From positions 3,508 through 61,276 of the forward strand of contig CAZWAM010000004.1 in NCBI GenBank assembly GCA_964631855.1: 57,769 nucleotides of DNA, in the 5' to 3' direction. A model generated the notes under the pieces. It ran no database searches and was not told the DNA's origin. It saw only the letters and a program-made list of their open reading frames with translations. The number at the start of each line of letters is the position of its first letter. Positions within the stretch are counted from its first letter, which is position 1. This document shows, piece after piece, positions 44,728-53,429 of the stretch. The stretch comes from an uncultured bacterium. Lineage in GTDB: Bacteria; RBG-13-66-14; B26-G2; WVWN01. Made by a program: the position numbers and the translations under genes.

Positions 44728-44789
44728 AGTTTCTCCTCAGCGCCTTACGGCACTTATAAAATTAATACCCCCGGGTACGACATCGCACG

Positions 44790-45992
44790 CTACTCGGGCA
44801 ACGGCGTGTCCTCGGCCTGGGCTTCGGTTGCAGTATTCTCTTTTACGGCCTCTTGGACGAGACCCTCGCTCGCCACCTTGTTGTCGATGAAGCGGGCCCA
44901 TTCCGGGAAGCGCTGGCTCAACATGTCGTAGTTCTCCAGGGCACGGGCGCGCAGACACATATCTCGCAGCTCGCCCGGGCGGTTCAGTTCAATTAAGGCC
45001 TTTATGGCCATTACGTAGGCCGAGAAGTCGCGGCCGTAAACGTCTAGGTATCTTCGGAAGCGGTCGGCGGCTTCTTCAAACCTCATCTTCTCGAACGCCT
45101 CTACGCCGGCAACGAAGTTCGCGTCGCTATGGTCTTCCGGGGGGGGAGAATCGAGGCGCGGCTCGACCATCGGGCGCGGCTCGGGGACGGCGTCCGGGTC
45201 GATGCCGCGCGCCAGGAGGCGGTTCCGGACGAGGGGGTGTTTGCGGTTGGGGATTATGACGAAGACCTCGCCCTTGATGGAAGCGGGGTCGGGGCGGCGC
45301 TCCGTCATAAAGACGCCGTCGGTGATTATGCGGTGCACGAGTTCGCGGAAATTCACTTGCGGGTTCTCGCGACTTAGGATGTCGATTAACAATTTATAAC
45401 CGACGTAATCAAGCCGCTGTTCCATATCCAAACCCAGGTCCACGATCCGTTCCGCGATCGCCGATTCGTTTGCGCGCGCGAGGTCGTCGAGCGAGACGAA
45501 CTGGTCGGCCTGCGTGCGGAGAAATTCGGACGTGTTGCGCTCGAAGCCCATCACGAAGACCCGTTTGCCGTTCTGCTGGGCGCGCTTCACGATCTCGACG
45601 AAATCGCCGTCGCCCGTGACGAGCGCGTATTTTTGGATATTTTGATTGGTGTAAATCAATTGCGCCACGTCCCAAGCGATGTAGATGTCGGCGTTGTTCT
45701 GGAGGACGGTGCAACGTTGGCCGGTATTGACGTCCGTTTTATCGACTTGTTTGGAGCTTATATTCACGGTTTCGACCCGCCACTTACTCAATTGGGCCAA
45801 ACCTTCTACAAAATTGCTCCAAGGCGCGTACGCTCTCTCCAAGATTATTTTCCCGAACGGCTTAGTTTTTCCGTGGATGCCTTCGATAACCACTTCCAAA
45901 TCCATCGGCACCCCGTACAATCTCTCGAGCGTAATGAACACGTACTCATAATCGATAAAAATCCCGATTCCTTCTTCATTGATCTCATTCAC
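44790..45992 (-). CDS. NYN-domain (LabA/DUF88-like) protein with a helical C-terminal region
   Basis: 400 aa, GTG start. IGIFIDYEYV...NADIYIAWD...ALVTGDGDFVEIVKRAQQNGKRVFVMG is typical of NYN/PIN-like nuclease folds. The C-terminal third is helical and TPR-like. Confidence 0.65.
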   Translation of the reverse strand: MNEINEEGIGIFIDYEYVFITLERLYGVPMDLEVVIEGIHGKTKPFGKIILERAYAPWSNFVEGLAQLSKWRVETVNISSKQVDKTDVNTGQRCTVLQNNADIYIAWDVAQLIYTNQNIQKYALVTGDGDFVEIVKRAQQNGKRVFVMGFERNTSEFLRTQADQFVSLDDLARANESAIAERIVDLGLDMEQRLDYVGYKLLIDILSRENPQVNFRELVHRIITDGVFMTERRPDPASIKGEVFVIIPNRKHPLVRNRLLARGIDPDAVPEPRPMVEPRLDSPPPEDHSDANFVAGVEAFEKMRFEEAADRFRRYLDVYGRDFSAYVMAIKALIELNRPGELRDMCLRARALENYDMLSQRFPEWARFIDNKVASEGLVQEAVKENTATEAQAEDTPLPE

Positions 45993-46144
45993 TATACTTC
46001 TCCTTCTTTCGTGGAAAGTTGAAAAATAATAATCCGATCAACACCTTAGTTCCCCAAAACCCAAAAGCTCACGACCGCATCTTTGACGAGCGCGCGGACG
46101 CCCGCCGATCCCCGCGCGCCCCGCCACGCGGCAAGGCGGTAAGC

Positions 46145-46588
46145 CTACTCGCCCTCGATGGCTATCTCTTTCGGCTTGACCTCCTCGCTCTTGGGCAGTA
46201 CGATGCTAAGGACGCCGTCCTTGTAATGGGCTTTGACCTTGTCCGCCTGGACCATCGTCGGAAGCTCGAGCGCGCGGTAAAAACTCCCGTACACGCGCTC
46301 TACGCGGTGATAGTTCTCCTCGGACGTCTCCTTCTCCATCTTCTTTTCGCCCCGGACCGTTAGGACGTTGTTGGTTACGGAAATCTTGAAGTCGTCCTTG
46401 CTTACCCCGGGCGCTTCGACCTTCACGTTAATGGCATCGTCGGTCTCGGAAACGTCTACCGCCGGAACCCACACCGCGCCTTCCGCGCCCCCTTCGGCAC
46501 GACGGCTCATCAAATCCTCGAACAGGCGGTTTACCTCTTGCTGAATCCCCAATAAATCTCTAAAAGGACTCCACCGCACCAACGCCAT
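46145..46588 (-). CDS. Possible stand-alone Hsp20 translated from an internal start within the fusion ORF
   Basis: ATG 46588-46586 is preceded by AAGGAGGT (46602-46595) at 6-nt spacing. The product would be 147 aa and begin MALVRWSPFRDL, a canonical sHSP N-terminus and length. Confidence 0.55.
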   Translation of the reverse strand: MALVRWSPFRDLLGIQQEVNRLFEDLMSRRAEGGAEGAVWVPAVDVSETDDAINVKVEAPGVSKDDFKISVTNNVLTVRGEKKMEKETSEENYHRVERVYGSFYRALELPTMVQADKVKAHYKDGVLSIVLPKSEEVKPKEIAIEGE

Positions 46589-47044
46589 ATTTTTACCTCC
46601 TTTGCCCCCGCGGCCCTCGCGCCGCCGTTCGTCGGCGGCGACCGTCGAGACCCTGAGGCCGCGGAATTTTTCCGGTAAATCCTTCGTTAATATGTCGTGT
46701 ACTATTTTCTCTAAAAGTTCCAAGTCCCACGGCTTCGTTACGAAAGCATATGCGCCGTGCTCCATAGCGGTCATAATATCCCCCGACGAGGGCAAGCCGC
46801 TCATCATAACCACGGCGAGCGAAGGCCTCAGTTCCTTGGCGATTTTGAGCAGGGACAGGCCGTCGAGGAGTGGCAGCTGCAGGTCCAAAAAAGCCAAATC
46901 GGGGTTCGCGGCCTTGACGAAGTCCAAACCCTCAACGCCGTCCGCGGCCTCCTCCGCGGCGACTTCGGCCCGCGCCAGAAACGCGCATAACGAACTCCTG
47001 ACCTCCGTGTCGTCGTCGGCTACTAATGCTAAGGGCTTCGGCAT
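46145..47044 (-). CDS. In-frame fusion of a response-regulator receiver domain and an Hsp20/alpha-crystallin small heat-shock protein
   Basis: One 299-aa ORF. Residues 1-125: LVADDD...DLAFLDLQLP...VMMSGL...FVTKPW, a complete set of REC signature residues. A low-complexity linker (RVSTVAADERRREGRGGKGGKN) follows. Then MALVRWSPFRDLLGIQQEVNRLFED...INVKVEAPGVSKDDFKISV...LTVRGEKK...YGSFYRALELP...DGVLSIVLPK, which is Hsp20. Confidence 0.85.
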   Translation of the reverse strand: MPKPLALVADDDTEVRSSLCAFLARAEVAAEEAADGVEGLDFVKAANPDLAFLDLQLPLLDGLSLLKIAKELRPSLAVVMMSGLPSSGDIMTAMEHGAYAFVTKPWDLELLEKIVHDILTKDLPEKFRGLRVSTVAADERRREGRGGKGGKNMALVRWSPFRDLLGIQQEVNRLFEDLMSRRAEGGAEGAVWVPAVDVSETDDAINVKVEAPGVSKDDFKISVTNNVLTVRGEKKMEKETSEENYHRVERVYGSFYRALELPTMVQADKVKAHYKDGVLSIVLPKSEEVKPKEIAIEGE

Positions 47045-47350
47045 AATTCTTTCTCGTCAAAGAATTTCTGTATCCGTTATATTTGAGCAAAATATATGCC
47101 ACCGCCCCGAGCCGTAAATTATAGCATTTCTTTCATAAAATATATAGTATATATTCACAGGTTAACGCTTCTGCGAGCAAAAGACGTATCGCCACGAATT
47201 TGAGCAACGGCCCTAATGCGCCACAATGGCGCGCCCGTTCGCCGGGGCCGTATTTTTGGCGTATAAAAGGTCGGCGCTACGTCGCCTTACCGCCGAATCC
47301 CACCCACCGTCTAAAACCTGAATACCCTATCCTGCCCCTAACCCAAGCCT

Positions 47351-48043
47351 TTACGGCCCGGGGCCTCCCTCGGTTTCCACGTCGTGGTGGTGCTTTATTA
47401 TCTTCGCCGTCATTAGGTAGACAACCATCTCGCCGATGTTCGTGGAGTGGTCCGCGATGCGCTCGAGCGCCCGGGCGACCGCCAGGAGGTGGACGCAAGC
47501 CGCGACCTCGCCGGGGTGCTTTTCGGCGTACGCGATAACGTCGCCGTGGATCTTGCGCTCGAGGTCGTCGGCCTCGTCGTCGCGCTCGCAGACCCGCCGG
47601 GCCCACGCCGGGTCTTTTTTAACGAAGGCGCGGACCGCGTCGTGGACCATGGCCCCCGAGACCCGCGCGAGCGAGGGGAGGTCGAATAGCGTGTCCGGTT
47701 TGTTTCTTAGCGCGTGGAGGCCCAACGCGTCCTGGCATATGTCTATCGAGATGTCGTCTATGCGCTCGAGGTCCCGGATGATGTTTATCGCCGTAATTAT
47801 CATGCGGAGGTCGACCGCCACCGGTTGGTGGAGCGCGATGAGTGCCAGGCACCGCTCCTCGATGGCCACCTCCAGGCTGTCCACGCGACCCCGCTCGTCG
47901 ATAACCTTTTGCGCCTGCGCCGGGTTATCCATCAAGACGCTCTCGACGGCGTCGTCGAATATCTCCAATACCAGGCTGCTCATGCCGAGGAGCATGTCGT
48001 TGACCTCGGCCAGCTCTTCGTGGAAATGCCTTTCCGGCGTCAT
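47351..48043 (-). CDS. phoU: Phosphate signalling complex protein PhoU
   Basis: 230 aa. Two PhoU repeats, with ...HQPVAVDLRMIITAINIIRDLERIDD... and ...LLAVARALERIADHSTNIGE... Confidence 0.9.
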   Translation of the reverse strand: MTPERHFHEELAEVNDMLLGMSSLVLEIFDDAVESVLMDNPAQAQKVIDERGRVDSLEVAIEERCLALIALHQPVAVDLRMIITAINIIRDLERIDDISIDICQDALGLHALRNKPDTLFDLPSLARVSGAMVHDAVRAFVKKDPAWARRVCERDDEADDLERKIHGDVIAYAEKHPGEVAACVHLLAVARALERIADHSTNIGEMVVYLMTAKIIKHHHDVETEGGPGP

Positions 48044-48085
48044 AATGCCACCCGCTGCTTCGGGCCGCGGCGACGGCGGCTCCGC

Positions 48086-48844
48086 TTAGCCGAACCGGCC
48101 CGTGATGTAATCCTCCGTCAGCCTATTGGCGGGTTGGGTGAACATCTTCTCCGTATCGCTGACCTCGACCAGCCTGCCGTTCAACAGGAAGGCGGTTCGG
48201 CCGGATATGCGCGCGGCCTGCTGCATATTATGCGTTACGATTATTATAGTATAATTTTTCTTGAGTTCAACTATGAGGTCCTCGATCTTTTGCGTCGAGG
48301 TGGGGTCGAGGGAGGCCGCGGGCTCGTCCATCAAAAGCACGCCCGGCTCGACGGCGAGCGCGCGGGCGATGCACAGCCGCTGCTGCTGGCCGCCGGACAA
48401 GCGGAGCGCGGAAGTCGGCAAGCGGTCGCGCACCTCGGGCCAGAGCGCCGCGCGTCGCAACGACTCCTCGACCACCGCCTCCAGGTCCCGTCGTCCGGTC
48501 ACGCCGAACAACCGCGGGCCGTACGCGACGTTGTCGAAGACCGACATAGGAAACGGGTTGGGTTTCTGAAAGACCATGCCCACCCGGCGCCGCAGCGATA
48601 CGAGGTCCACCCCCGGCGCGTAAACGTCCTCCCCCTCCAATAATATCCTGCCCGCGACGCGAACGTCGGCCTCGAGCTCGGCGATACGGTTTACCGATTT
48701 TATCAACGTCGACTTGCCGCAGCCGGAAGGGCCGATGATCGCCGTGACCGACTTCGGCGCCACGTCGAGGTCGACGTCGCTGAGCGCCTGGAAGTCGCCG
48801 TACCAGAACGAAAAACGGTCGTACTTTACGATTGGCGCTACCAC
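48086..48844 (-). CDS. pstB: Phosphate ABC transporter ATP-binding protein
   Basis: 252 aa. GPSGCGKST (Walker A), [21 protein letters not shown], and the PstB-specific ...[23 protein letters not shown]... Confidence 0.95.
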   Translation of the reverse strand: MVAPIVKYDRFSFWYGDFQALSDVDLDVAPKSVTAIIGPSGCGKSTLIKSVNRIAELEADVRVAGRILLEGEDVYAPGVDLVSLRRRVGMVFQKPNPFPMSVFDNVAYGPRLFGVTGRRDLEAVVEESLRRAALWPEVRDRLPTSALRLSGGQQQRLCIARALAVEPGVLLMDEPAASLDPTSTQKIEDLIVELKKNYTIIIVTHNMQQAARISGRTAFLLNGRLVEVSDTEKMFTQPANRLTEDYITGRFG

Positions 48845-49758
48845 GCCCGCCGCCTCCGCAACCGCGCGCGGTACAGGACCCCGATAAGGTTGAAGGCGAA
48901 GACGAGGACCAGGAGGACGAACGCGGTGGCGAACGCTATCGGCATAGACTTCGTGATGTCCGAGGCCTGCGTCGCCATCGCGAATATGTGGTACGAGAGC
49001 TCCATAAATTGTTGGCGCGGATGGTCCGGCAGGTGGGGGAGGTAGAACGCGGCGCCCGTAAAGAGGATGGGCGCCGTCTCGCCGGCGACGCGGCCTATCG
49101 ACAGGATCGTCCCCGTTATTATCCCCGGGACCGCCTGCGGCAGCGTCACGCGCGAAATCGTCTGCCAGCGCGTCGCCCCCAGCGCCGCGGAGCCCAGGCG
49201 ATAATCGCGCGGCACGGCCTTCAGCGCCTCCTCCGTGGCGACTATTACTATGGGCAACACTACGACCGCGAGCGTGAGCGACGCCGCCAGAATCGACGCC
49301 CCTATCCTGAGGAAGACGACGAAGAACGCCAGGCCGAAAAGGCCTAAGACGATGGAGGGCACGCCCGCCAGGTTGTTAACCGCGGCCCGGACCACGCGCG
49401 CCCTCGCCCCCCGCCCGACAAACTCATTTACGTACACCGCGGCGCCGACGCCCAAAGGCACGGCCAAGGCCGCCGTCAACATCAGAAGCGCCACCGTTCC
49501 GTAGATGCACGTCGATACGCCGCCTTCGAGCATGCCGTGCCGTGGCGGCTGCGTAAGGAACGTAAAGCTCAGGACCGGCAGCGCACGGACCAGGATATAG
49601 GCGACGATGCCGCCGAAGATCGCGACGACCAGATAGGAGATGACGCGGAAAATTTGCCTCGCGACGGCGTCCGCGATTTTCCGGCGCACCGTCAACCCGG
49701 GCAGTTCCCCTATCTTTCTTTGCTCCGCCAAAGCGCTATCCCCGGAACTTCTTCGCAA
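48838..49758 (-). CDS. pstA: Phosphate ABC transporter permease PstA
   Basis: 306 aa polytopic protein. ...[26 protein letters not shown]...GETAPILFT... Overlaps pstB by 7 nt. Confidence 0.9.
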   Translation of the reverse strand: MRRSSGDSALAEQRKIGELPGLTVRRKIADAVARQIFRVISYLVVAIFGGIVAYILVRALPVLSFTFLTQPPRHGMLEGGVSTCIYGTVALLMLTAALAVPLGVGAAVYVNEFVGRGARARVVRAAVNNLAGVPSIVLGLFGLAFFVVFLRIGASILAASLTLAVVVLPIVIVATEEALKAVPRDYRLGSAALGATRWQTISRVTLPQAVPGIITGTILSIGRVAGETAPILFTGAAFYLPHLPDHPRQQFMELSYHIFAMATQASDITKSMPIAFATAFVLLVLVFAFNLIGVLYRARLRRRRAW

Positions 49759-50770
49759 AGCGGTCCATCACCGCCTGCGACGCCAGGTTGACGACAAAGG
49801 TAATCGAGAAGAGTACCACGCCCAACGCGAAGAGGACGCGGTAATGCTCGCCGCCGAAGACCGCGTCCCCCATCTCGATCGCGATCGTCGCCGTTATCGT
49901 CCGCACCGACGAAAGGGGATTGGCCGTAAAGGCCGCCATGTTGCCCGTGGCCAAGAGGACCGCCATCGTTTCGCCCAGCGTACGCGCGACCGATAACAAT
50001 ATCGCCGCGGCCACGCCCGACGCGGCCGCGGGCACCACCGTCCTGCGTATCGTCTCCCACCGCGTCGCGCCCAAGGCGAAAGCGGCTACGCGGTACGACC
50101 GCGGCACGCTGTACAGCGCGTCCTCGGCCAGCGAGGCCAACATCGGCGTCAGCATAATCGCCAACACCAGGCCGCCGTTGACGGCGTTGAGGCGGAAAGG
50201 CGTGCCCGTAATCGCGGGTATGACCTCGCCGAGCACGACCATACCCAGCAGGCCGTAAACGACCGACGGGATCGCCGACAAAAGTTCCACCACCGGCTTG
50301 ACCAGTTCGCGCTCCCGCGCGCCCGCGACCTCGGAGAGGTAAATCGCCGTCCCCAGGCCGAGGGGGATGGCGGCAGCCATCGCGATAGCGGTGACCATAA
50401 CGGTCCCGACGGCCAGGGGAATGATGCCGTACTTGGGCGTCTCCGCCGCGGGCTGCCAGACCGTCTTTACGAACTCAGCGAACGGTACGGCCCTGAACGC
50501 GGAGAAACCCTCTTTGAAGATGAAAATAAATATGAAGGCGATGATCACGATCGCCGCGTAACCCGCGCCCCGGACGACGACGCCGACGAAACCCTCCCGT
50601 ACCTTCCGCGGTACCAGGCGCGCCGCAACGCGGCTCGCGAGCTGGCCGCCCAACGCCGCAAGGCCGCCCCAGAAGAGGAGCCACCCGATTACGCCGACGA
50701 CGGCGAACGACAACGCTACCATCGCCAGCGGTATCAAGTATTTCAGGTATCTCGTACGAGCGGGCCGCAT
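49736..50770 (-). CDS. pstC: Phosphate ABC transporter permease PstC
   Basis: 344 aa polytopic protein. ...FALGATRWETIRRTVVPAAASGVAAA...GETMAVLLATGN... Confidence 0.9.
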   Translation of the reverse strand: MRPARTRYLKYLIPLAMVALSFAVVGVIGWLLFWGGLAALGGQLASRVAARLVPRKVREGFVGVVVRGAGYAAIVIIAFIFIFIFKEGFSAFRAVPFAEFVKTVWQPAAETPKYGIIPLAVGTVMVTAIAMAAAIPLGLGTAIYLSEVAGARERELVKPVVELLSAIPSVVYGLLGMVVLGEVIPAITGTPFRLNAVNGGLVLAIMLTPMLASLAEDALYSVPRSYRVAAFALGATRWETIRRTVVPAAASGVAAAILLSVARTLGETMAVLLATGNMAAFTANPLSSVRTITATIAIEMGDAVFGGEHYRVLFALGVVLFSITFVVNLASQAVMDRFAKKFRG

Positions 50771-50894
50771 AACAGCTAAGCTTCTCGGCCTTATGCCGCG
50801 CGCTTACCGCGGCACCTAAGCCGAACGCGGCGAGAGAAGGGTAATATAATTTCGTCTTACCCGGCTCCGCGCCCCCGGGCGCCCCCTTTTTACC

Positions 50895-51782
50895 CTATTG
50901 CACTTTCGCAAGCTCCGCAAGGCGAACGTCCTCCGGGAGCGCGACGTACTCGACCTCCTCCGCTATCTTTTGTCCCTCCGCGGAGAGCGCGAAGGCGACG
51001 AAAGCCGCCGTTAAACCCTTAGGTTTGCCGTTCACGTAATTGAAAAGGTAACGGCTTAGCGGGTATTCCATCGAGCCGACGGCTTCGACGGTGGGTTTAA
51101 CCGCGGCGGACGCGTCGTCCTTTTTAACCGCCAAAATCTTCACGTCGTCTCGCTTCCGCGCGTAGCCGTAGCCGACGTACGCGATGCCGTTTGCGTCTCG
51201 GGCGACGGCGTCGCAGAGAAGCGAGTTGCCCTGCATCTCCTGGATGTCGACGCGGTAGTCGTCCTTGTTGAGGACGCGCTCTTTGACGAAGTCGTACGTT
51301 CCGGAAGTGGACTGGCGGCCGTAGCACATTATCCTGCCCGCGGCGCCGCCTAGCGCACCCCAATCCTTGGTCCTACCGCGGTAGATGTCGCCCAGCCGGC
51401 CGACGGTGAGCTCCGCGAGAACGTTGGAAGGGTGCACGATGAAGCACACGCCGTCCACCGCCACGGCGATCTCGTTCACGTCGACCCCTTTGGCCTGGGC
51501 TTCCTCGCGCTCCCCGTCCTTTATCGGCCGGGAGGCGTTGGCGACATCGGTCGTGCCCTCGACTAAGGCCTTGATGCCGACGCCGGAGCCGCCGCCCGTC
51601 ACCTGGACCACGGCCTCCGGGTTCTTCTCCATGAACGCCTCGGCCCAGCGCTGGCTGAGCATCAGCAGCGTGTCGGAGCCCTTCACCTGGATGGTGTCGG
51701 GTTCCTCGCCCTTCCGACAACCGCCCGACAAGGCGGTTAGCGCGGCGGCCGATAAAGCCGCGACTAAGTATATCTTCTTCAT
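50895..51782 (-). CDS. pstS: Phosphate-binding lipoprotein PstS
   Basis: 295 aa. Lipobox LTALSGGC. IQVKGSDTLLMLSQRWAEAF...VTGGGSGVGIKAL...ANASRPIK. Confidence 0.9.
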   Translation of the reverse strand: MKKIYLVAALSAAALTALSGGCRKGEEPDTIQVKGSDTLLMLSQRWAEAFMEKNPEAVVQVTGGGSGVGIKALVEGTTDVANASRPIKDGEREEAQAKGVDVNEIAVAVDGVCFIVHPSNVLAELTVGRLGDIYRGRTKDWGALGGAAGRIMCYGRQSTSGTYDFVKERVLNKDDYRVDIQEMQGNSLLCDAVARDANGIAYVGYGYARKRDDVKILAVKKDDASAAVKPTVEAVGSMEYPLSRYLFNYVNGKPKGLTAAFVAFALSAEGQKIAEEVEYVALPEDVRLAELAKVQ

Positions 51783-51844
51783 CGCCTGCTGCTCCTATTT
51801 CGTTTTACGGGCCGCCCGGCGCGCAAGGCCGCCTTTCGCAGCGG

Positions 51845-52987
51845 CTACATCCAATCCCACTGGCAGTGGAGATAGACGTAGTCGGTCGACTTGTCCTCGG
51901 TAGTCTGCGTCTGTTCGTCGAATACCTTATACGACTCGGTCTGGTAGTTGGGGATGAGGGCGAGCTTGTCGTCGAAGAACTTGAAGCCGACGCCGCCGAT
52001 GAGCAGCGTCCGCTCGTCGTCGTCTTGGTCTTTATTAGGTTCGATTATGTCGTACCGAGCCAGGGGGTGTACGGTCATACCCTCCGTCGCTTGGAAGTGG
52101 CCGGTGGCGTAGGCCGTCATGATGTTGCCGTCGACCTTGTTGTCGCCCGCGCCCGCGGACCTCGCGAAGTAGCCGACGCCGAAGCTCACGAACTCGTGCT
52201 TAAGGCCGAGCAAGCCGCCGTAGACCGTAACGGCGTTCTTCTCCTCGCCCGCGGCGACCTTTTCGCCCAAATTGTCGCCCTTGACGACCGCGTTAAGCGA
52301 AAGGCCCTTCCACGCGTCGTTGGCGACGAGCGGGAAGACCGACAGTCGGTAGGCGACGGCCTTGCCGGAAAGGCCGTCCTCGGCTTTCTTGAAGCCGGCG
52401 CCGTTGGTGTACGTCAGATGATGTTGAATAAGGCCGTTGGCGAACTCGCCGCCGACGCCCAAGCCGAGGTCCGAAGTCGTACCGTATCCCCGTTCGTGAT
52501 AAGCCACCCTGCGTATAACCCGCCAACCCCAGATGCCGTTCTCGTAGGGGGCCCAAGCCGTCTTCTCGATGCCGCCGTAGATGCTGTGGTTGGGGATGAC
52601 GTCGCGTACGTCGACGTACGCGTACTTGGCGTAGAAGTCGAGGCTGCCCTTTTTCGTATGCCGCGTTTCGACGAGCGAATACTCGCCTGAAACCGGGTCT
52701 TGTACGAGCTCGTAAGTATAATAAATATCTTCTTCTCGCCCCACGTCGGCCGTGACGTGGTAGTGGAATTTCTCCGTTACCGCGCCTATAAAGTTAACGT
52801 ACACGCGGTCGACGCCGAATTCGTTGGCACCTTCTTGGTACGATTCCTCTTTGCTCGTCAGGTCGTGCCGGTAGTAGGCGAAGACGGTCCCCGAAAGCGC
52901 CGGGGCCTTAAAAGAGTCGGCCCACGCGACGGACGTCATTAACGCCGACGCGAGCAGAACGAAGAGCAATTTCTTGGTCGCTTTCAT
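51845..52987 (-). CDS. Outer-membrane porin; phosphate-selective (OprO/P-like) suggested only by its position ahead of pstSCAB-phoU
   Basis: Signal peptide (LLFVLLASALMTSVAWA) and a beta-strand-rich, Tyr/Gly-rich sequence. Start preferred at ATG 52987 (AAGGAGG 10 nt upstream) rather than the track start at 52996. Confidence 0.6.
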   Translation of the reverse strand: MKATKKLLFVLLASALMTSVAWADSFKAPALSGTVFAYYRHDLTSKEESYQEGANEFGVDRVYVNFIGAVTEKFHYHVTADVGREEDIYYTYELVQDPVSGEYSLVETRHTKKGSLDFYAKYAYVDVRDVIPNHSIYGGIEKTAWAPYENGIWGWRVIRRVAYHERGYGTTSDLGLGVGGEFANGLIQHHLTYTNGAGFKKAEDGLSGKAVAYRLSVFPLVANDAWKGLSLNAVVKGDNLGEKVAAGEEKNAVTVYGGLLGLKHEFVSFGVGYFARSAGAGDNKVDGNIMTAYATGHFQATEGMTVHPLARYDIIEPNKDQDDDERTLLIGGVGFKFFDDKLALIPNYQTESYKVFDEQTQTTEDKSTDYVYLHCQWDWM

Positions 52988-53011
52988 CGTTGTCATTCCT
53001 CCTTATGGTTT

Positions 53012-53039
53012 TTTATAAAATAAAGAAAGCTCACGTCAA
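53012..53039 (-). promoter_or_regulatory. Possible promoter for the porin-pst operon
   Basis: Minus strand: TTGACG (53039-53034), 16-nt spacer, TATAAA (53017-53012). Confidence 0.35.
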
Positions 53040-53429
53040 AAGCGGCGCCGCGTTTTCGCACTACCTCCGGCCCCGGCTTGGTTTATTTAAAAAAATACCC
53101 GCGGAGCGGGGTAAAAATTCAAATATAAACTTTCCCGCGGCGACGACGTTCCAAGCGCTTAAAGCGCCCGCCCGCGTCTTCGTCGCGAAGCGGTGCTACT
53201 TTTAGGCCGGCGAAATTCGGCGGCATTATACGAAACGGACGCCGCTTGTCAAGCGTGAATAGTTGCCGAGGCGTTTAAATATACCATTTTCGACTTAGGA
53301 CGTGCGGAAAAAATTATTTTGCGCGTAACGCGCCCCTTGGCGCGACGAACCGCCGTCCGGCAACGGGAGGATAAACAATTTGAACATATAGTTTTGCGCC
53401 GCGTTTTCTCTGTGGTATACTTTTTCTCG

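Noticed and set aside
47714-48643. 309-aa plus-strand ORF across phoU/pstB
   Set aside because: It is antisense to two well-supported genes (PhoU repeats; Walker A/B and ABC signature motifs), and its sequence is low-complexity and Arg/Val-rich.
53080-53130. Possible Pho box or attenuator upstream of the porin-pst operon (A7-tacccgc-gga-gcggggta-A5 hairpin)
   Set aside because: There is no match to the CTGTCAT-type Pho box direct repeats, the stem is imperfect, and its position relative to the promoter-like element is unclear. The support is too weak.
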